From assembly GCF_009914755.1 (NCBI RefSeq), contig NC_060934.1: a stretch of 64,000 nt of DNA; one strand, given 5' to 3'. The stretch is from the human T2T-CHM13v2.0 reference genome, Homo sapiens. The notes under the pieces are model-generated. The model had not been told where the DNA came from. It worked only from the letters and a program-made list of their open reading frames with translations, and made no database searches. The translations under genes were made by a program, and so were the position numbers. Shown here one piece after another: positions 11,901-25,957 of this stretch (the stretch's first letter is position 1; each line of letters begins with the position of its first letter).

Positions 11901-12700
11901 AGTTATGCAGTGTTTTGAAGTTCACAAACCACATTTTACATAAATTATCTCATTTTGTCTTCATAACAACCCTATGAAGACACATTAATCTCAAAGAAAT
12001 TGAGCTCTTACCCCAAAACACAGGGCCAATAATTGGTGCAGTTGAATTATTCTCAAAATTTACAGGCTGTTAGTCTTTCCACTGTACTAAAAGATTTCTT
12101 TCTCTGATCAGAGCAAGAGAACTTCCAGAGATAATGGATAGAATGAAAGAATATATATCTATATATATTTGACATGTTGTTTAGTAATCCCTATTTTAAT
12201 TCAATTCTCCATCTGTAAAATATTAGCTAACTGAATTATTTCTGTGTTCTACTCTGGGCTCTCACATTAAAACTCTGTTCAAAAAGTTTAACAAGTCACA
12301 TATTTCTTAACATACAAGTTCGTTTGTGAATGTGCAGAACAGATGCTCCCAAGATGTGGATGCATGTAGGCCCCGAGGTACAGACATAAAATCAAGGAAG
12401 CACAAGGAAAGAAACCCCAAGGAAAAAACCAAAGACCTTCTAAATTGAGACTGCATAATTATAAAAGAGATCCATAGTACAGGGTTGAACACATGTTCAA
12501 CACTTTGTCAACTGAACACATGTTCAATTCGGAGCTAATTGGGAAGACTTACATAAAATTCTTTTTCTTTTTTTCTTTTGGCAAGATTTCTTCTTAAACC
12601 ATGAAATTTTTTTTACTTGTAATAATAGAGAACAATTTTCTCCATTTTCTTATAAGAAAAATAAAATATAATTTATCCAAATTGATGTATAGAACCTAAA
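8989..12700 (+). other. LRRTM3: LRRTM3 3' UTR (distal end uncertain, several candidate poly(A) sites)
   Basis: AU-rich, repeat-poor sequence after the stop. AATAAA at 9106, 9137, 9229, 9918, 11263, 11283 and 12660; ATTAAA at 12266. Confidence 0.6.
11905..12090 (-). mobile_element. MIR
   Basis: attatctcattttgtcttcataacaaccctatga (reverse MIR core). Confidence 0.55.
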
Positions 12701-14249
12701 ACATATGCTAACTTGCAAATAATATATTTTACTGATCAACTCATTTTTGTCAAGTCTCTATTTCTAGTCCCTCCTGAATGTTTTGGAAAACCACAAAACT
12801 ATACAGATTAATACAAATTACATTTTTACAAGGAAAGAAAACATTCCCAAATTTAACACTCAAGACTAATCACATAATCCTATTTTGAACTCAGATCTCT
12901 CTGACTCCATTGACTGCTTAGAAATAGTAAAATCTTTTTGAAAAAAAAATTTTCTAAAATAAAACTATTGTATATGAGAGTAAAAATATATTTGTTTTTG
13001 ATTGTTCCTGACTAGAAGACAGATATCATCTCTCAAACTAAACACTCAAAATAAGAAATTGAATTCATGAAAACCAATACCTGATGTGAATTGTTGTTAT
13101 TCAACTGTATAAAAGAAATGCAGATGTTCTGGGTATGTCAGAGCATGCGAAAGAAGAAGTTATGGGACTGGCAGGTATTTGGCCTCAGGAGAAAAGGTGA
13201 AAATTTTCCAGAATAGATATAATAACATCTTATATTGGCACAGCTCTTAACAGTTTATAATGCTGGGTAATATAACAATCTCCTAATTCATCAAAAAGTC
13301 TCAAGGTGCAGATGAATTGGTCTTGCAATAAGAAAGAGCTTCCAACTCCTCCCATGACCTTCCCAATTTTCCCCAACTGTCTCTAAATAGGGAGGCGCCA
13401 AGTACAAAGGACCCAGGAGCAATGCTTTCAAAATTCTGATTTACCCCAAAGGTAGGGTACCTGGACAATCAACAATTGGGCTTCATTTTATCATCAACAT
13501 TAATGGGAAAGAAATGTTTAAAAATTTAAAACCAAGCAAACACACACACACACATCAAAGTGGTGATGAGTCTTTTTTGAAGGTCTCTCATGACTTGCAT
13601 TATAGTTTTATTGTGAGATAGGAGGCAACTTATATTTAATTTATTTAGGGTAAATTTCACATTTTAAAAAGTCCACCATTGACTTTTTTATTCTATGAAG
13701 GACAGTGATCTTACAGCAGCAGAGTGCCTCAACCATCTAGGACTTAGGCTACTAAGTTTCTTCCTCCTAGCTCTCATTTATAAATTTTGTGTTATATGAT
13801 ATTTGTCTTCCTGAAAAGGTGAGTGAAAATTTATTTTGTGTAAATCAAATAATATTTCAAATGTATCAAGAGACCTTGTGATAAAGGAACCTTGAAATTG
13901 CTTTTTAATCTAAAATATTACCTGCTAATTTATCTTTTTTAAATTGATTTCCATATATCTTGTGTTATTATAACACAGCACACTTGTACTACATGGTTTA
14001 AAGGTTCTGCAAGACAGTCTTTTCCTCAGTCTATAGGAAATGACGGTCTGATTCCAGGTTTTGAGTTGGTCAGTTGAGCAGTTTCAGTCATTTCCACTTA
14101 CTGACTTTATCTGGATTAATGTGGAAAATAGTAGTAAGACAACATGGATGGATAAATTTGACAAATAATTTTATTTGTTTAAACTTTTGCCACCTATAAT
14201 ATCCTTGAAGTTACTATTAAGAGGTCAAGTTGACTCCAAATCCCTTGTG

Positions 14250-14354
14250 TCAATACTAGATTTACTGAATCAGAACCACTGGGATGGATCCCAAAATATG
14301 CATTAAGACATGACTGAGGTGATACTAATGCATGCTAAGTTTTGAAAAATAGTG
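14250..14354 (+). mobile_element. MER5-family fragment
   Basis: agatttactgaatcagaa...ggtgatactaatgcatgctaagttttgaaaaatagtg. Confidence 0.6.
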
Positions 14355-14699
14355 CTCAAATGAATTTATTTTTCCTAAATCATTCAATTGCTTTCTATTC
14401 TAAAGTAAAATTGTGAATTCTTGTGCTTTCCCATATCAATGTGAATCTAGTTTTCTAAGCCTGACTGAACATTTTTCTTGACTGAGGAAAGCATACCAAA
14501 AGACAACTATATATAAAATGCTCAGGTTGCTTCCTGACAGACTGTTGTTTATAGATTTTATTCCCCATTAACTCTTTCGAGAGGCATATCTGAAAAGTCT
14601 TAAGGCTTCTGGGTTAGTTACTTGTTAGTTGCACCCATGAATATAACAACTGAAAAGCTGGAAGTGGGGAGAAAGGCAGGAAGTAAATTATGATGTAGC

Positions 14700-14880
14700 A
14701 GGCACTATGCCCTCCTCTCATTTTTAAATCATTTTAGGAAAGAAGTATAACCACTATTTTAAAGAAAGGAAAATAAGGCTCATAGTAATTAAATAATTTG
14801 CCAAGGCTCACACAGTGGGGTTGAAGATTCAAATCTAGATTTGTTAGGCTCTAAGGATGTGCTCCCACCCCCATCATAGC
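14700..14880 (-). mobile_element. MIR
   Basis: ggaaaataaggctca...aaataatttgccaaggctcacacag...gattcaaatctag. Confidence 0.6.
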
Positions 14881-15243
14881 ACATTTTCAAAAGTGAGAAG
14901 AGATTATAATCAACATAATGAGGCTTATATATATTATTCTGAATAATTTATACAGAATTATTTATTCTGTATTCAGAATAAATTCTTATTCTGAACACAG
15001 CAGAAAAAGAATTTGCCTATTTCCAAATAGAAAAATTATCTTACACTGTGTAGAGACTTCCTTCAATATCCTAAACCAGAGGCCTAATGGAAAAAACAAC
15101 AACAACAACAATATTTTCTTGAAGTTTTATACATGGTTCCCTAAAAAGAGTAGACATTTGAAAGAAAAATCCTTCAAAACATAAATACCCTTGAATATTG
15201 ATGTCATATTTTTATTTCCAATCATCTTAGCCCTTTTATAAAT

Positions 15244-15281
15244 TTACAGCCAAAATTACAGCCAAAATTACAGCCAAAATT
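15244..15281. repeat. 12-bp tandem repeat (TTACAGCCAAAA)x3
   Basis: Three perfect copies at 15244, 15256 and 15268. Confidence 0.9.
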
Positions 15282-16427
15282 GATAAAGAAATATCAATAA
15301 TATAACCTTCAACTGGCTGAAAAAAAGAGGTCAGGTTGCCAATTTTACCAAAAACTATATGGATGAATGGTCAATAAAGTCACCAAGTACAAATGACAAG
15401 GTGGAGAAAAACACCAATAATCTACAGTCGCAAACTGTAGCAATGACATGGCTTGAGCTACAGAATATTTCCTGTGAGTGATTTTAAATGGCAATATTCC
15501 TTATAGGAGTATTATAACTTACACAGATGATATGGGATCTGGAAGCATACTACATCAAAAGAGGCTGAAAGATAACCTTTATAATAAGGCAGACTCTACT
15601 TGTCCTACTCAGAATGTAATATGTAGTTTAAATATAAAATAAATATCATTTCCTTGTTTCATTACTTCGTGGAGATGGACAAATAAAATTATTTTTTGAA
15701 ACTTATTTTTAAACTCACATCTTGAAAAACATCTTCCTCAGTCTCAGCTATTCACAAATGATTCTTAAGTAGACTCTCGACTCCATTAGTGTCTCAGGAG
15801 CTTTTTATTAAACCATTGAGTTATCTCTTCTATCTCTCCCTGAACTCCACAAGTGCAAGTAATCCCATTGGTTTAATTACATTAGCATTTTACTCCATCA
15901 CAGGATCTGAACATATAGCATCCATGAAAAACATACTTCTATAATACACACAGCATTCAAGAGCCAGTAAAGCACTCTGTAAGTCATGCCTCCTACTAAA
16001 AATGATCACGTCTATAACTGTGATAAAAACTAGGCTATAAATTTAAAACAATAAATCCAGCAAAGAAAGAAATTCTAGCACACTGGATCTAATATCATTG
16101 TGTCTTCTCATTGTGGCACCATTACCACCATACAGAAATGTTATCTGAAATATCTAGAATAATTCTGATTGTGGACAACAAAGATGCTCCTGGTATCTGG
16201 GTTGAAGATGTGGTAAAAAACAACAAAGAAGACAAAAATTACACATACCAAGGTAAGTGAAGGGCATGTGATTTATTATTAAATAATCTGCCAGTAATTT
16301 TAAAAACTAAGACCCATTATTAAAATTTACAATAACATTTATGCCATCAAGTGTCATCATAAAGGCTAATGTGGATATTTGGAATATAAGAGAAATGTGG
16401 TATTTGTGATGGCAATACATATTAAAT

Positions 16428-16453
16428 GATAGATAGATAGATAGATAGATAGA
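16428..16453. repeat. (GATA)n microsatellite
   Basis: ~6 GATA units. Confidence 0.9.
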
Positions 16454-17674
16454 ATTAATTCTACCAAAAGAGAGACTATTAAGAATAAAAATTAGTCCAA
16501 GAACTATTTCTATTATTTCTCTAGAGAGAAACTGAATAGACAGAGAAAAAGATTTAAACTAAATGCTACATGTTCTTTCCAAGGTCAAATTTGAAATAGT
16601 CCAAAACTATAAACTCTTGAATTGCTGCTTCAACCATATGAGTAATTACATTAATTCACATACACCTTGTCAAAACCTGATGTTGAGAAATGAATTGTAA
16701 TTTTAAATATACTCCATCTGTTCTTGCTGTTTTACATCAATGATATATTTGCTTTCAATTACAGATCCATAAATATAATGCCCTAAACAGTCTGATGAAA
16801 ATGTGGTGAAAGATTGGTCACCGCTGTTTTTCTGTTCTACCATAAGGCAATTATCAGAGTGGAATGGCCACCACAATGGGGAGCTGGAAATATGATTTTT
16901 AAAGTCCTCTCTAGAGGTCTTATTTTATATTCACTTATAAATTAAGAAAATTATTGCCTTGAGGCAAAAGCCTGAGAGCCCATACCAGCTCTAGTCTGAC
17001 TACACTTACACCAGAGAGGTCTAGGGAAAGACACTGAACATCTCTGAACTTGCATATTATCTGGAGAAAAGACTGAGATCCTTGTGATGTCAACATTTTT
17101 CCGCCTTTGGATGTGATGGAAACTTAAGTTCAGTGTATTGGACATCCTTCAAAACTCCCTGCCAGTTTCCTCTTTAACAAACTTCAAACCTGAGTTTCTT
17201 GAGCCACCATTGGCTTTGACACGCAGCTATTTAATAATGAATCCTTGTTACACTTCATCATTTTGTGGAAGAATTACACAACTGGGGTTGTAGCCCTTAG
17301 CGGCTTTTCCCTTGCCTTTGGATCCAGTTATGGGATAAAATGTGTGAACTTGACATGACACATTGGTACTACCACAGGGCTACTGGAAGAAGAGCCTTCT
17401 AACAGATAAACATTTTATGTAATATAAAACTGAAATGTAGTTTGGGGCCACTTCTTTTTAACTTAATAATCTGATATAGTTTTCAGATAACTGCATGCTT
17501 TTCTGCCACTGAGAATATAAATACTATTGTCTGTAATGAAAACATGGTTTTGTTGTCATATACTTTCGCTTTCTGAGGACAGATTTCAGACAACTGATTG
17601 TGTTCTGTAATTACCAAAAAGAATGTCTATTTAGTTTCAGAAAGAATGGCTTAATGCCAAACACTTTAAGACAA

Positions 17675-17890
17675 AATAACAACTAACACTTACTGAATGT
17701 TTACTTTTCTAAGCATTTTACGGGTGTTCATTCAGTCAACATTAATATGGCAAACAGAATTAATAATAATCCTATGAAGTAGATACTATTGTTTTTCCCT
17801 TAGAAAGATAAGAAACGGATGCACAAAGCAATTATATAACATATAGCTATTAAATTGTGCAGCAAGGATTCAAATCCAGTTGACTGATAT
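17675..17890 (-). mobile_element. MIR
   Basis: aataacaactaacacttactgaatg...aatcctatgaagtagatactatt...gataagaaac...ggattcaaatccag. Confidence 0.6.
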
Positions 17891-18922
17891 ATTGAAAAAC
17901 TGACCCCTCTAACTGCTCATTTAAGGTCCACTGCATAGACCCCAATGCTAAGTTCAAAATTCTACCTATTTAAGGCTATCACTGAAGACATTTTTTCAAT
18001 ATAATTAATGTGTTTATTACATACCTAATATATGCCTCTTGGAAGGTAAGAAAATTTTAGAGATACATGAGTATATGACATAGTCCCTGTGCCCAAGGGA
18101 CTTACAGTCTTAGCAAAGAGAAAAGACATCCATATTCAACAGAAATAAAATTCAAGAACTAAGTTTAATACCTGCAATCATAAACAGCAGTTAGGAGAAG
18201 ATAAAATCAAAGTTAATAAGTTTGTTGGGAATATCTCAAGGCAAAAGTGATAAATGACATAGAACTTCAAACTAGCAGTGAATTCAGATGGGCAAGACAA
18301 AGATGAGAGGGCAGTGAAGGGAGAATATTATATTTTTATTTACTAACATCTATTATTCCAATAGGATTTGTTAAATTCATGCTTCTCTGGAAGAGAAAGA
18401 CCAGGCTCAATTTTTGTCCTGATTGCCTAAAAGCTCAGAGCCAAATTAAATCTCTTGGCCTTTCTAGGCAAGCCTACATATTTCCCACATTTTTCTGAAC
18501 TCTAATTCTCTTTACATTTCTATTTTATCTTCTTTGAGGTGGGGGAAAAGAATATTAATCCTTTGTTTAAAATGTTATGTCAGTTTCAATAAAATGTTCA
18601 TACAACATTTTGAAGACTGATCCAGGCAATGGCATTAATTTCAAATAATTATGTGAATTAAATCAAACAACTTTTTAGAAGCTAATAATTGTAACATCCT
18701 CCAACAAAATACTGTTTGGCACAAATGAAAACACGGCCTTTAGATTGATTGACTTTTTCTTTTCAACCTTTTTAGTCTTTATGTTAGTATTGGTGAATAT
18801 TAACCAGAATTTTTATTTCAAAGAGTAAAAATAAAAATCATTTTTGATTGCTACATTTTACAAACAAACAAACTACAGTAGAATATTATTAAAGACCATG
18901 ATCAAAATCATTTAGGTGATAG

Positions 18923-19265
18923 TGAGACAGCCAGGTGTGAGGGGGTCCCTGGCAAAACTCCAAACAGGTCTGCACACTGGGAAGGTGCACTCGGGTGCAG
19001 TCACACAGAGGTTCCAGTCCATTTGCAGCAAGGAAGAGCCTGGCCCCTCCTCTTCCTGTGTGGAACTTGGGATTCAAGCGGCCAAGCAGGAAGTGCTCTA
19101 GCAGGGACTCTGGCCTTGCGGAGAGTCCCTGTTTCCCCCTTTTCTTCCTTTTCACCCAATAAAACCCTGTCTTACTCACCATTCAAATTGTCTGTGAACC
19201 TGAATATTCCTGGCCATGGGACAAGAGGCCTATCTTTAGCTGAAATAAGGAAAAGTCCTGCAACA
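18923..19265 (+). mobile_element. Solo ERV1 LTR, MER61A-like
   Basis: TG...CA termini (tgagacagcc...tcctgcaaca); 4-bp TSD ATAG at 18919-18922 and 19266-19269; internal AATAAA at 19158; 343 bp. Confidence 0.85.
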
Positions 19266-20754
19266 ATAGCAAACAGACCAGTACTAGAATGTACATTTAC
19301 TTATAATTATTTTTCACTAGAGTGAAATATTTTTAATTTATGAATGCACTGACATTAAAGAATATGCAGAATTATTTCTGCCTTAAAAGTATAAATAATT
19401 GTCAGTAAAGTTGTCATTTAAAAAGTACAGTCAAATATATATATTTCTAATCTGAAACATGATACATAAGAAGCTACTTTAGTTTTTTTGAATTTTTTTA
19501 AGTTGAGAAATATTCTCTTCATCAAATTCTGGACAATTAAGTTACAGTTACCTCTGTGTTTATTTGGTAGGTACAAATTTTCATTCACGGGTATTTGTTC
19601 AATGTGTCTTCTATATATTTTATACTATATAATGATATTTTGATATTTTTAATTCAAATCAATAAAATAAGCATTTATTCATTTTTATTATGGTATTCCA
19701 GTGACTATGATGTGAGACACAGTGATCAAATGCTTATAGTGAATAAATAATTGTGACTCAATGTGATATTTCTAAAAATGAAGTCTGTACATGATGCTGT
19801 GAAATGATTGGGTTTGCTGAAAATCAGAAAAGACCTCACAGAGTAAATGCTACTTGAGAAACTTTAGGTTTGCCATTTATAAAACTCAGGTCTGTCTACA
19901 GGCTCCACATCCAGATCCTAACTAAAATTTAGAAGTCTTTAGATGTCTGTGGATATTATCATCTGGAAAACTGGGACTCTAATAGTTTCTGAGTCTAGTA
20001 TTTTCCCCATATAGCTACTCAGTTTTTTCTAGTATATATGTCAAATAAAATTTTGAAAAAATTACCCCTTCCCACAATCTTTGCAAATTAATCCTCAAAT
20101 GAAAAGGATTTAATTTAGCTATTCCATGATAAATAAAAAATATGCAATTTTATTGAATAAACTTAAAGTAATTAATAAATTCAATGTACTGTCAGAAGTT
20201 TTCTGTTTTGTTTTGTTTTTAAAAATGTCCATTAAAATGCTACCTATGTGGGTTAAAAAGCCTATAATACAATTTCTAACTTCAGGAATATGTGACAACA
20301 TGTAGAAAGGGTATATTGGGCTGTGCAATTTAAATTTTCATCACCTACAGGTTATGGCATAAGACTGATATGAAAATGAATGAGAATTAGGTTATATGTA
20401 GAGTCTTTTGTCTTTTGTTCTATTACTATAAAATATTTCATTTAAAAAGTAGGGAAAAAATTACTAAGGTGGTGAATTTGCCTGATATACCAATAAGCAC
20501 AGTTGTTTTGGAAGTTGCTTGGTACCACTGACTTTTTGCTTCTTTAAATAAGTATTTCTTTCCTTAGCAAACACTTCTCTTTATGAGAATACCATTACTC
20601 TCAAAAGATTCCAATGTTTATTTTGTGCTTATGGCACTTTTTAATTTAAATTTTCAAGAATGCACTTTGCATTAAGATGAACCAAAGTAGTATTAGTGAA
20701 TTCAGCAACCAGTTCAAGGCATAGTTTTCTGATTTTCCTACTTAAGAAAATGAA

Positions 20755-21249
<495 letters not shown>

Positions 21250-24200
21250 TCAAATAATTATTTCTCAAAAGTATAAATTTTCACTCTAGATAGTTTTCTA
21301 CAGGGTGGCACATGCTATGTGGTAGTAAATGAGCCTGTAAAACTGAACTCATTAGACAATAACTACTTCTATTAAATACCTAAAACACCCTTAATGTGAA
21401 TGTTTTGAATTTATTTTTATATGTGTAGAGTCTATAATTTGTTAGTGACTATAAATTAAATTATAACAACCTTTAGCTTTTTTAAGTTTCACAATTGTTC
21501 TGTATTCCAATTAAGAGGCTCAAAATCTAGTCTGGGAAACTCCACTTGGCTTACAAAAAAAAATCAATATGCTTTTTATTTCATGGGGCTCTGGGATTGT
21601 TAAGATTAGCATGAAATACTGACATTTACACTCCTGAGTGGACTAGAAGGGGAGCAGGATGGAATGATGATGGCAAGTAATTGGACAATTGGACAGTTTC
21701 CAGAAAGGCTTTAAGAAATACTATTAAATCTCCATCTGCTGATTGAAAATTCCAGGTTCATAAGGTATAACAATAGCTGAAATACAAGCCTTAGATGATC
21801 TCTATCTTTCCTTTGCAGGTTTGTACCCCACCTACTTTGCAAGAACCTGTGACAATTTTTTAATTAAAACATCTGCATAATTAAACATTTTAGGCTAATG
21901 ATGACAAGAAGACAGGCCATATTTTATTACTTTTGTTGAACTGCCCAGTGTATATTACATTTGCTATAAATTAATTACTCAAAATCCTGCCTTGAAAATA
22001 TCTGTTATAATTTTTAAAAAAAGAAAATAAGGAAAAGAGAAGAAATAGATTAAAAATTAAATTAGGGTCTTACACTTATAATGAGATGGTTCTAAGGAGG
22101 TAAGACTTAACCTAAATAAGTTTTCGTTCCTTTGAATTAGTGGAATAAATACATCTTAAATTTCTCCATTCCATTAGGACAGATCACAGGTGAACTTGGT
22201 GAGGGAGTAAGCGAAGAACAGTTAGAGTTGCAGGGTCCTAAATCAACCACAGGGAGAATAATATATTACTCTGCTTATTTTACTCTTCCTCTCCTCTTCA
22301 CGTTTATGTCTTCTTCAGTATTTCCTTCTCAGTTTGAGTTTTATATAGCATATGACATACACATATGTGCCAACACAATGTGAGTGACAAGACTGGAAGA
22401 GGAAAAGCTTACATTAATTTATCTTGAAAAATGAAATGTCCAATTATACAACATTATAGAGTGCTAATAGCTCACCAAATAACATAAATAAGATTATATT
22501 TCACTCAGTGCCAGACCTGACAACCAAACCTAGGTTCCAAAGTAAGCCTTTCTTTTTATCAATAGATTGAATATACTAGAGGTTAAGAAAATTCACATAA
22601 GGCCGAATCTCCTCTTTAAAAAATCCTTTGGCATTTTTCATAAAAACAGCTCTTTGCCCGTGGCTCAATTTAGGACTTTCACAAATCCCTTGAATAATGA
22701 AGGTCTTGGTTTTACATGACTGTTTATGTGTGGTATTCTATGAAAGGTCCAAAAGCTTGTTAAGGACAATTGCTAAAAAAATTAAAATATATCAAGATTA
22801 TTTTTGTCAAACCAATATGTGTTAGAAAGTTATCTATTGAAGTGTATTCCATATACTTAATATAATATTATTATAATAAATGGCAAGATAAAAAGAAATC
22901 CACTACAGGATATTCCCATTTCTCTCCAGAGTCATGGTATCAACAGATAACACGCCAGTCTCCCCAGGATACCACTATAATTTAATACATGCAAAGTATC
23001 CATCTAATTTACCTGTTACTGATGAGGAAATTCCAAAAGTAAGCTTCTCATCATAGCAAATCCTGAAGAACTAGCATTTAAGCTATTTCATTATGGGGTG
23101 AAAAAAATCATCATTTAGAAATAAAAGTACCAATTAGTAACAAATTATGTACAAGTCACTCTAGCACAGTGTATTTCAATCACTTCAGTAATTTTTAGCC
23201 TCCCAAAAAAAAGTGTCAGAAATGAGGCATGAAAAGCTATTAAATGAATCATTCACACGTTGAATAGATGTTGTCGTCAGTTTGTTCTCTCAATGGAAAT
23301 AATGAACAACTGATTTATTTATAACTGGTCATTATGATAATACACCTTCATGTTCCACCCTTTTCAATATATTATGGATATGTTATAACTGTCTTATTTT
23401 ATAGCTGATCTAAAATCATATGCTTCCATTAAAATTTCTTCTTTTCCAGGCTTTCCCTTAATTTTAATGTTCCTTTGGCTTGGGGTGTAATTAAAATGTT
23501 TTTACTGACTTGGTTCCCTTGTCTTTTTTTTCCTTCCAATTTTCTGTCTTTTTGCCTGGTGGAATTTATCCATATCTTAAGTGTATGTAACTAGAGTCTG
23601 AAATATGAATTTTAAGTAGCTGCAGAATACATTTATGTAATCACTATAAAGTGGATCTTGTCAGCACTTATTTAGTCAAGTTTACCTTGTTTTCCTTCTG
23701 AGATAAAGGTAAGCAGAATGGATAAAGTAAGATAATGGAAGCTGATTTGTATTTCAGAGAAAAAAATTCTTGGTCTTAAGAGTCAAGGCAAGAAGACTTC
23801 ATTCGTTTTTCATTCTTTTTTTTTTTCTAAATTTCAGAGCAGAGAGGAACATTTCCCTTGAATGTTCCAGTTCTAACACTGTAATTAATTTTGCAGGGTT
23901 ACATTCAACAATTTGTATGTTTTGCTGCATAACACTCTGTATATGCACTGGACTCTGCCCTCAATCTGCACTGCAGGTTTATATAGGAAAAAGCCTTCAG
24001 GGATTTTCTTCTATATTTAATCAAAACTCTTTTTGAGAAATACATCCATCACATTATGGAATATCATTTTTTAAAAAAAAACATGTGAGTAATGTACTTC
24101 AGAGCTAGGTCTGGAAAAAAGATTCCCTTGGGAAATGGTTATGCTTCATCCCCAGTGAGTACTAGAGGCCTGTAACACAACCTGTCTTCTCTATACCTTT

Positions 24201-24786
24201 GCTCAGAAACCCAGAACTGGGTTACATTCGCTATCATGGTGACCATGTTAAGACTCCCATGGAGTGTCCCAGCTTTCTCCTTTGTAAATACTTTTTATAT
24301 ACTTTTTCTAATCCTGTTTTGTTAATCCTATATCATATGTCTTTTGTAATATGTTCTCTGAAATTATTTAGAGAGAAGTAAAAGGTAGAAATGAGGAAAT
24401 AAACCAGAGATACTATTCTTTAAAAGAATTTTTTTTATTTTTACTGAAATGGTGGCATTATCTTAACTTTAGGATGCTAATTTTTTTCTTCCTAACATCA
24501 TGCCCACGTACCATTATCTCATCCCTGACTCATCTTTTAAAATTTTAGTTCCTTTATTTGCAATTTACATATAAGATGTGTGGAAAAACCCACAGATACA
24601 CACTCACACAGCACGCCACTCTTCTCATATGCTGTTGTTCAGACATAAAGATCACTAAGCAAAATAGGAGATAACATTTCAAGACTTTCTCCACTAACAG
24701 AAACATATTCTCAGGTGATCGGTTAGAGTCCAACAAGGTTTATTTTCAAAAGAGTCAGCAAGCGTTAGAAATGAATTTCTCAACAA

Positions 24787-24858
24787 TTTTTGTTTTTAAG
24801 AGACAGGGCCTTATTCTGCCACCCAGGCTGCAGTACAGTGGTATGATAATAGCTTACT
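24787..24858 (-). mobile_element. 3' fragment of AluJ/FRAM
   Basis: ttttgtttttaagagacagggccttattctgccacccaggctgcagtacagtggtatgataatagcttact. Confidence 0.8.
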
Positions 24859-25071
24859 AGGCTGGGATTGGAGGGGCAGACAGGCAGCTCAGAAAAAGAG
24901 ATTTAGGCTATCAGAGAAGGTGGAAGAATAAATGTTTGGATATAATTATCATGGCTTATTATCTACAAGGTGGAATTTGGCTAACTTTGTTAATAAAACA
25001 AGGTACAAATCATTTAATGACAACCTATAGACTTTTAGCTTACATTTAGAAAATACTTAAAAAGAATTTTT

Positions 25072-25280
25072 CCAGCCTGAGCAACATAGTGAGATCCCCA
25101 TTTCTACAAAAAGTTTTTTAAAAAATTAGCTGGGCATGGTGGTGCACACCTGTAGTCCCAGCTACTCAGGAGGCTGGGGTGAGAGGATCACTGGAGCCCA
25201 GGAGTTTGAGGCTTCAGTGAGCTATGATCACACCACCGCACTTCAGTCTGGGTGACAGGGGGAGAACTCAAAAAAAAAAA
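25072..25280 (+). mobile_element. 5'-truncated AluJ
   Basis: ccagcctgagcaacatagtgaga...aggatcactggagcccaggagtttgaggc...A11 tail. Confidence 0.9.
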
Positions 25281-25899
25281 TTCAAAACAGATATTAGATG
25301 CAAGAAAAGAAAAAAAATTAATGTATATCAAAATATTAAATTCTGTTCCCAATTATTATATAATTCCTATATCACCAACTTTCTTTGAAAATTAAAGACT
25401 GAATTTGTACCAATGTACTAATTATATATCTATAATTGGTATATTTAATAAGTTAAAATTTTGGAATATAAGGCCTCTACATTTACATTTTAAAAATATT
25501 CTTAGACAAGGTTCTGGATTATATTTCAATTCTGTTCAAAGAGTAAAATGGAAATGTAAAAACAGAGATGTCTCCTTAACAGAGTGAAATTAATTTACAA
25601 ATCTAAGCAATATAAAAACATGAGTAAAAATCTAATTTAATTGAATTATTAATATTAAAGCTAGTCCACACAAAATGTATTTATTCTGGAGTCTCTGTAG
25701 ATTTTTTTTATTGTTTTTCCTGCTGCCATCAACTTTTGTTATACTATAAATATGGATGTAACTGTACCTACATAACTACCAGCACACACCTAAAATTAAA
25801 TAAGAAATTTTAATCCAGTAGTTCTTAATTTCTTTTCTAATCCTAAGTACTTAAAGATATAACACACTATTAATAAATCACCATAGTGATGGTTCTTAA

Positions 25900-25901
<2 letters not shown>

Positions 25902-25955
<54 letters not shown>
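25902..25955. repeat. (GT)27 microsatellite
   Basis: Uninterrupted GT run. Confidence 0.95.

Positions 25956-25957
<2 letters not shown>

Noticed and set aside
15244-15281. Short direct repeats (also 41325-41355 and 45876-45953) as array-like systems
   Set aside because: Simple slippage duplications without spacers; eukaryotic context, no CRISPR.
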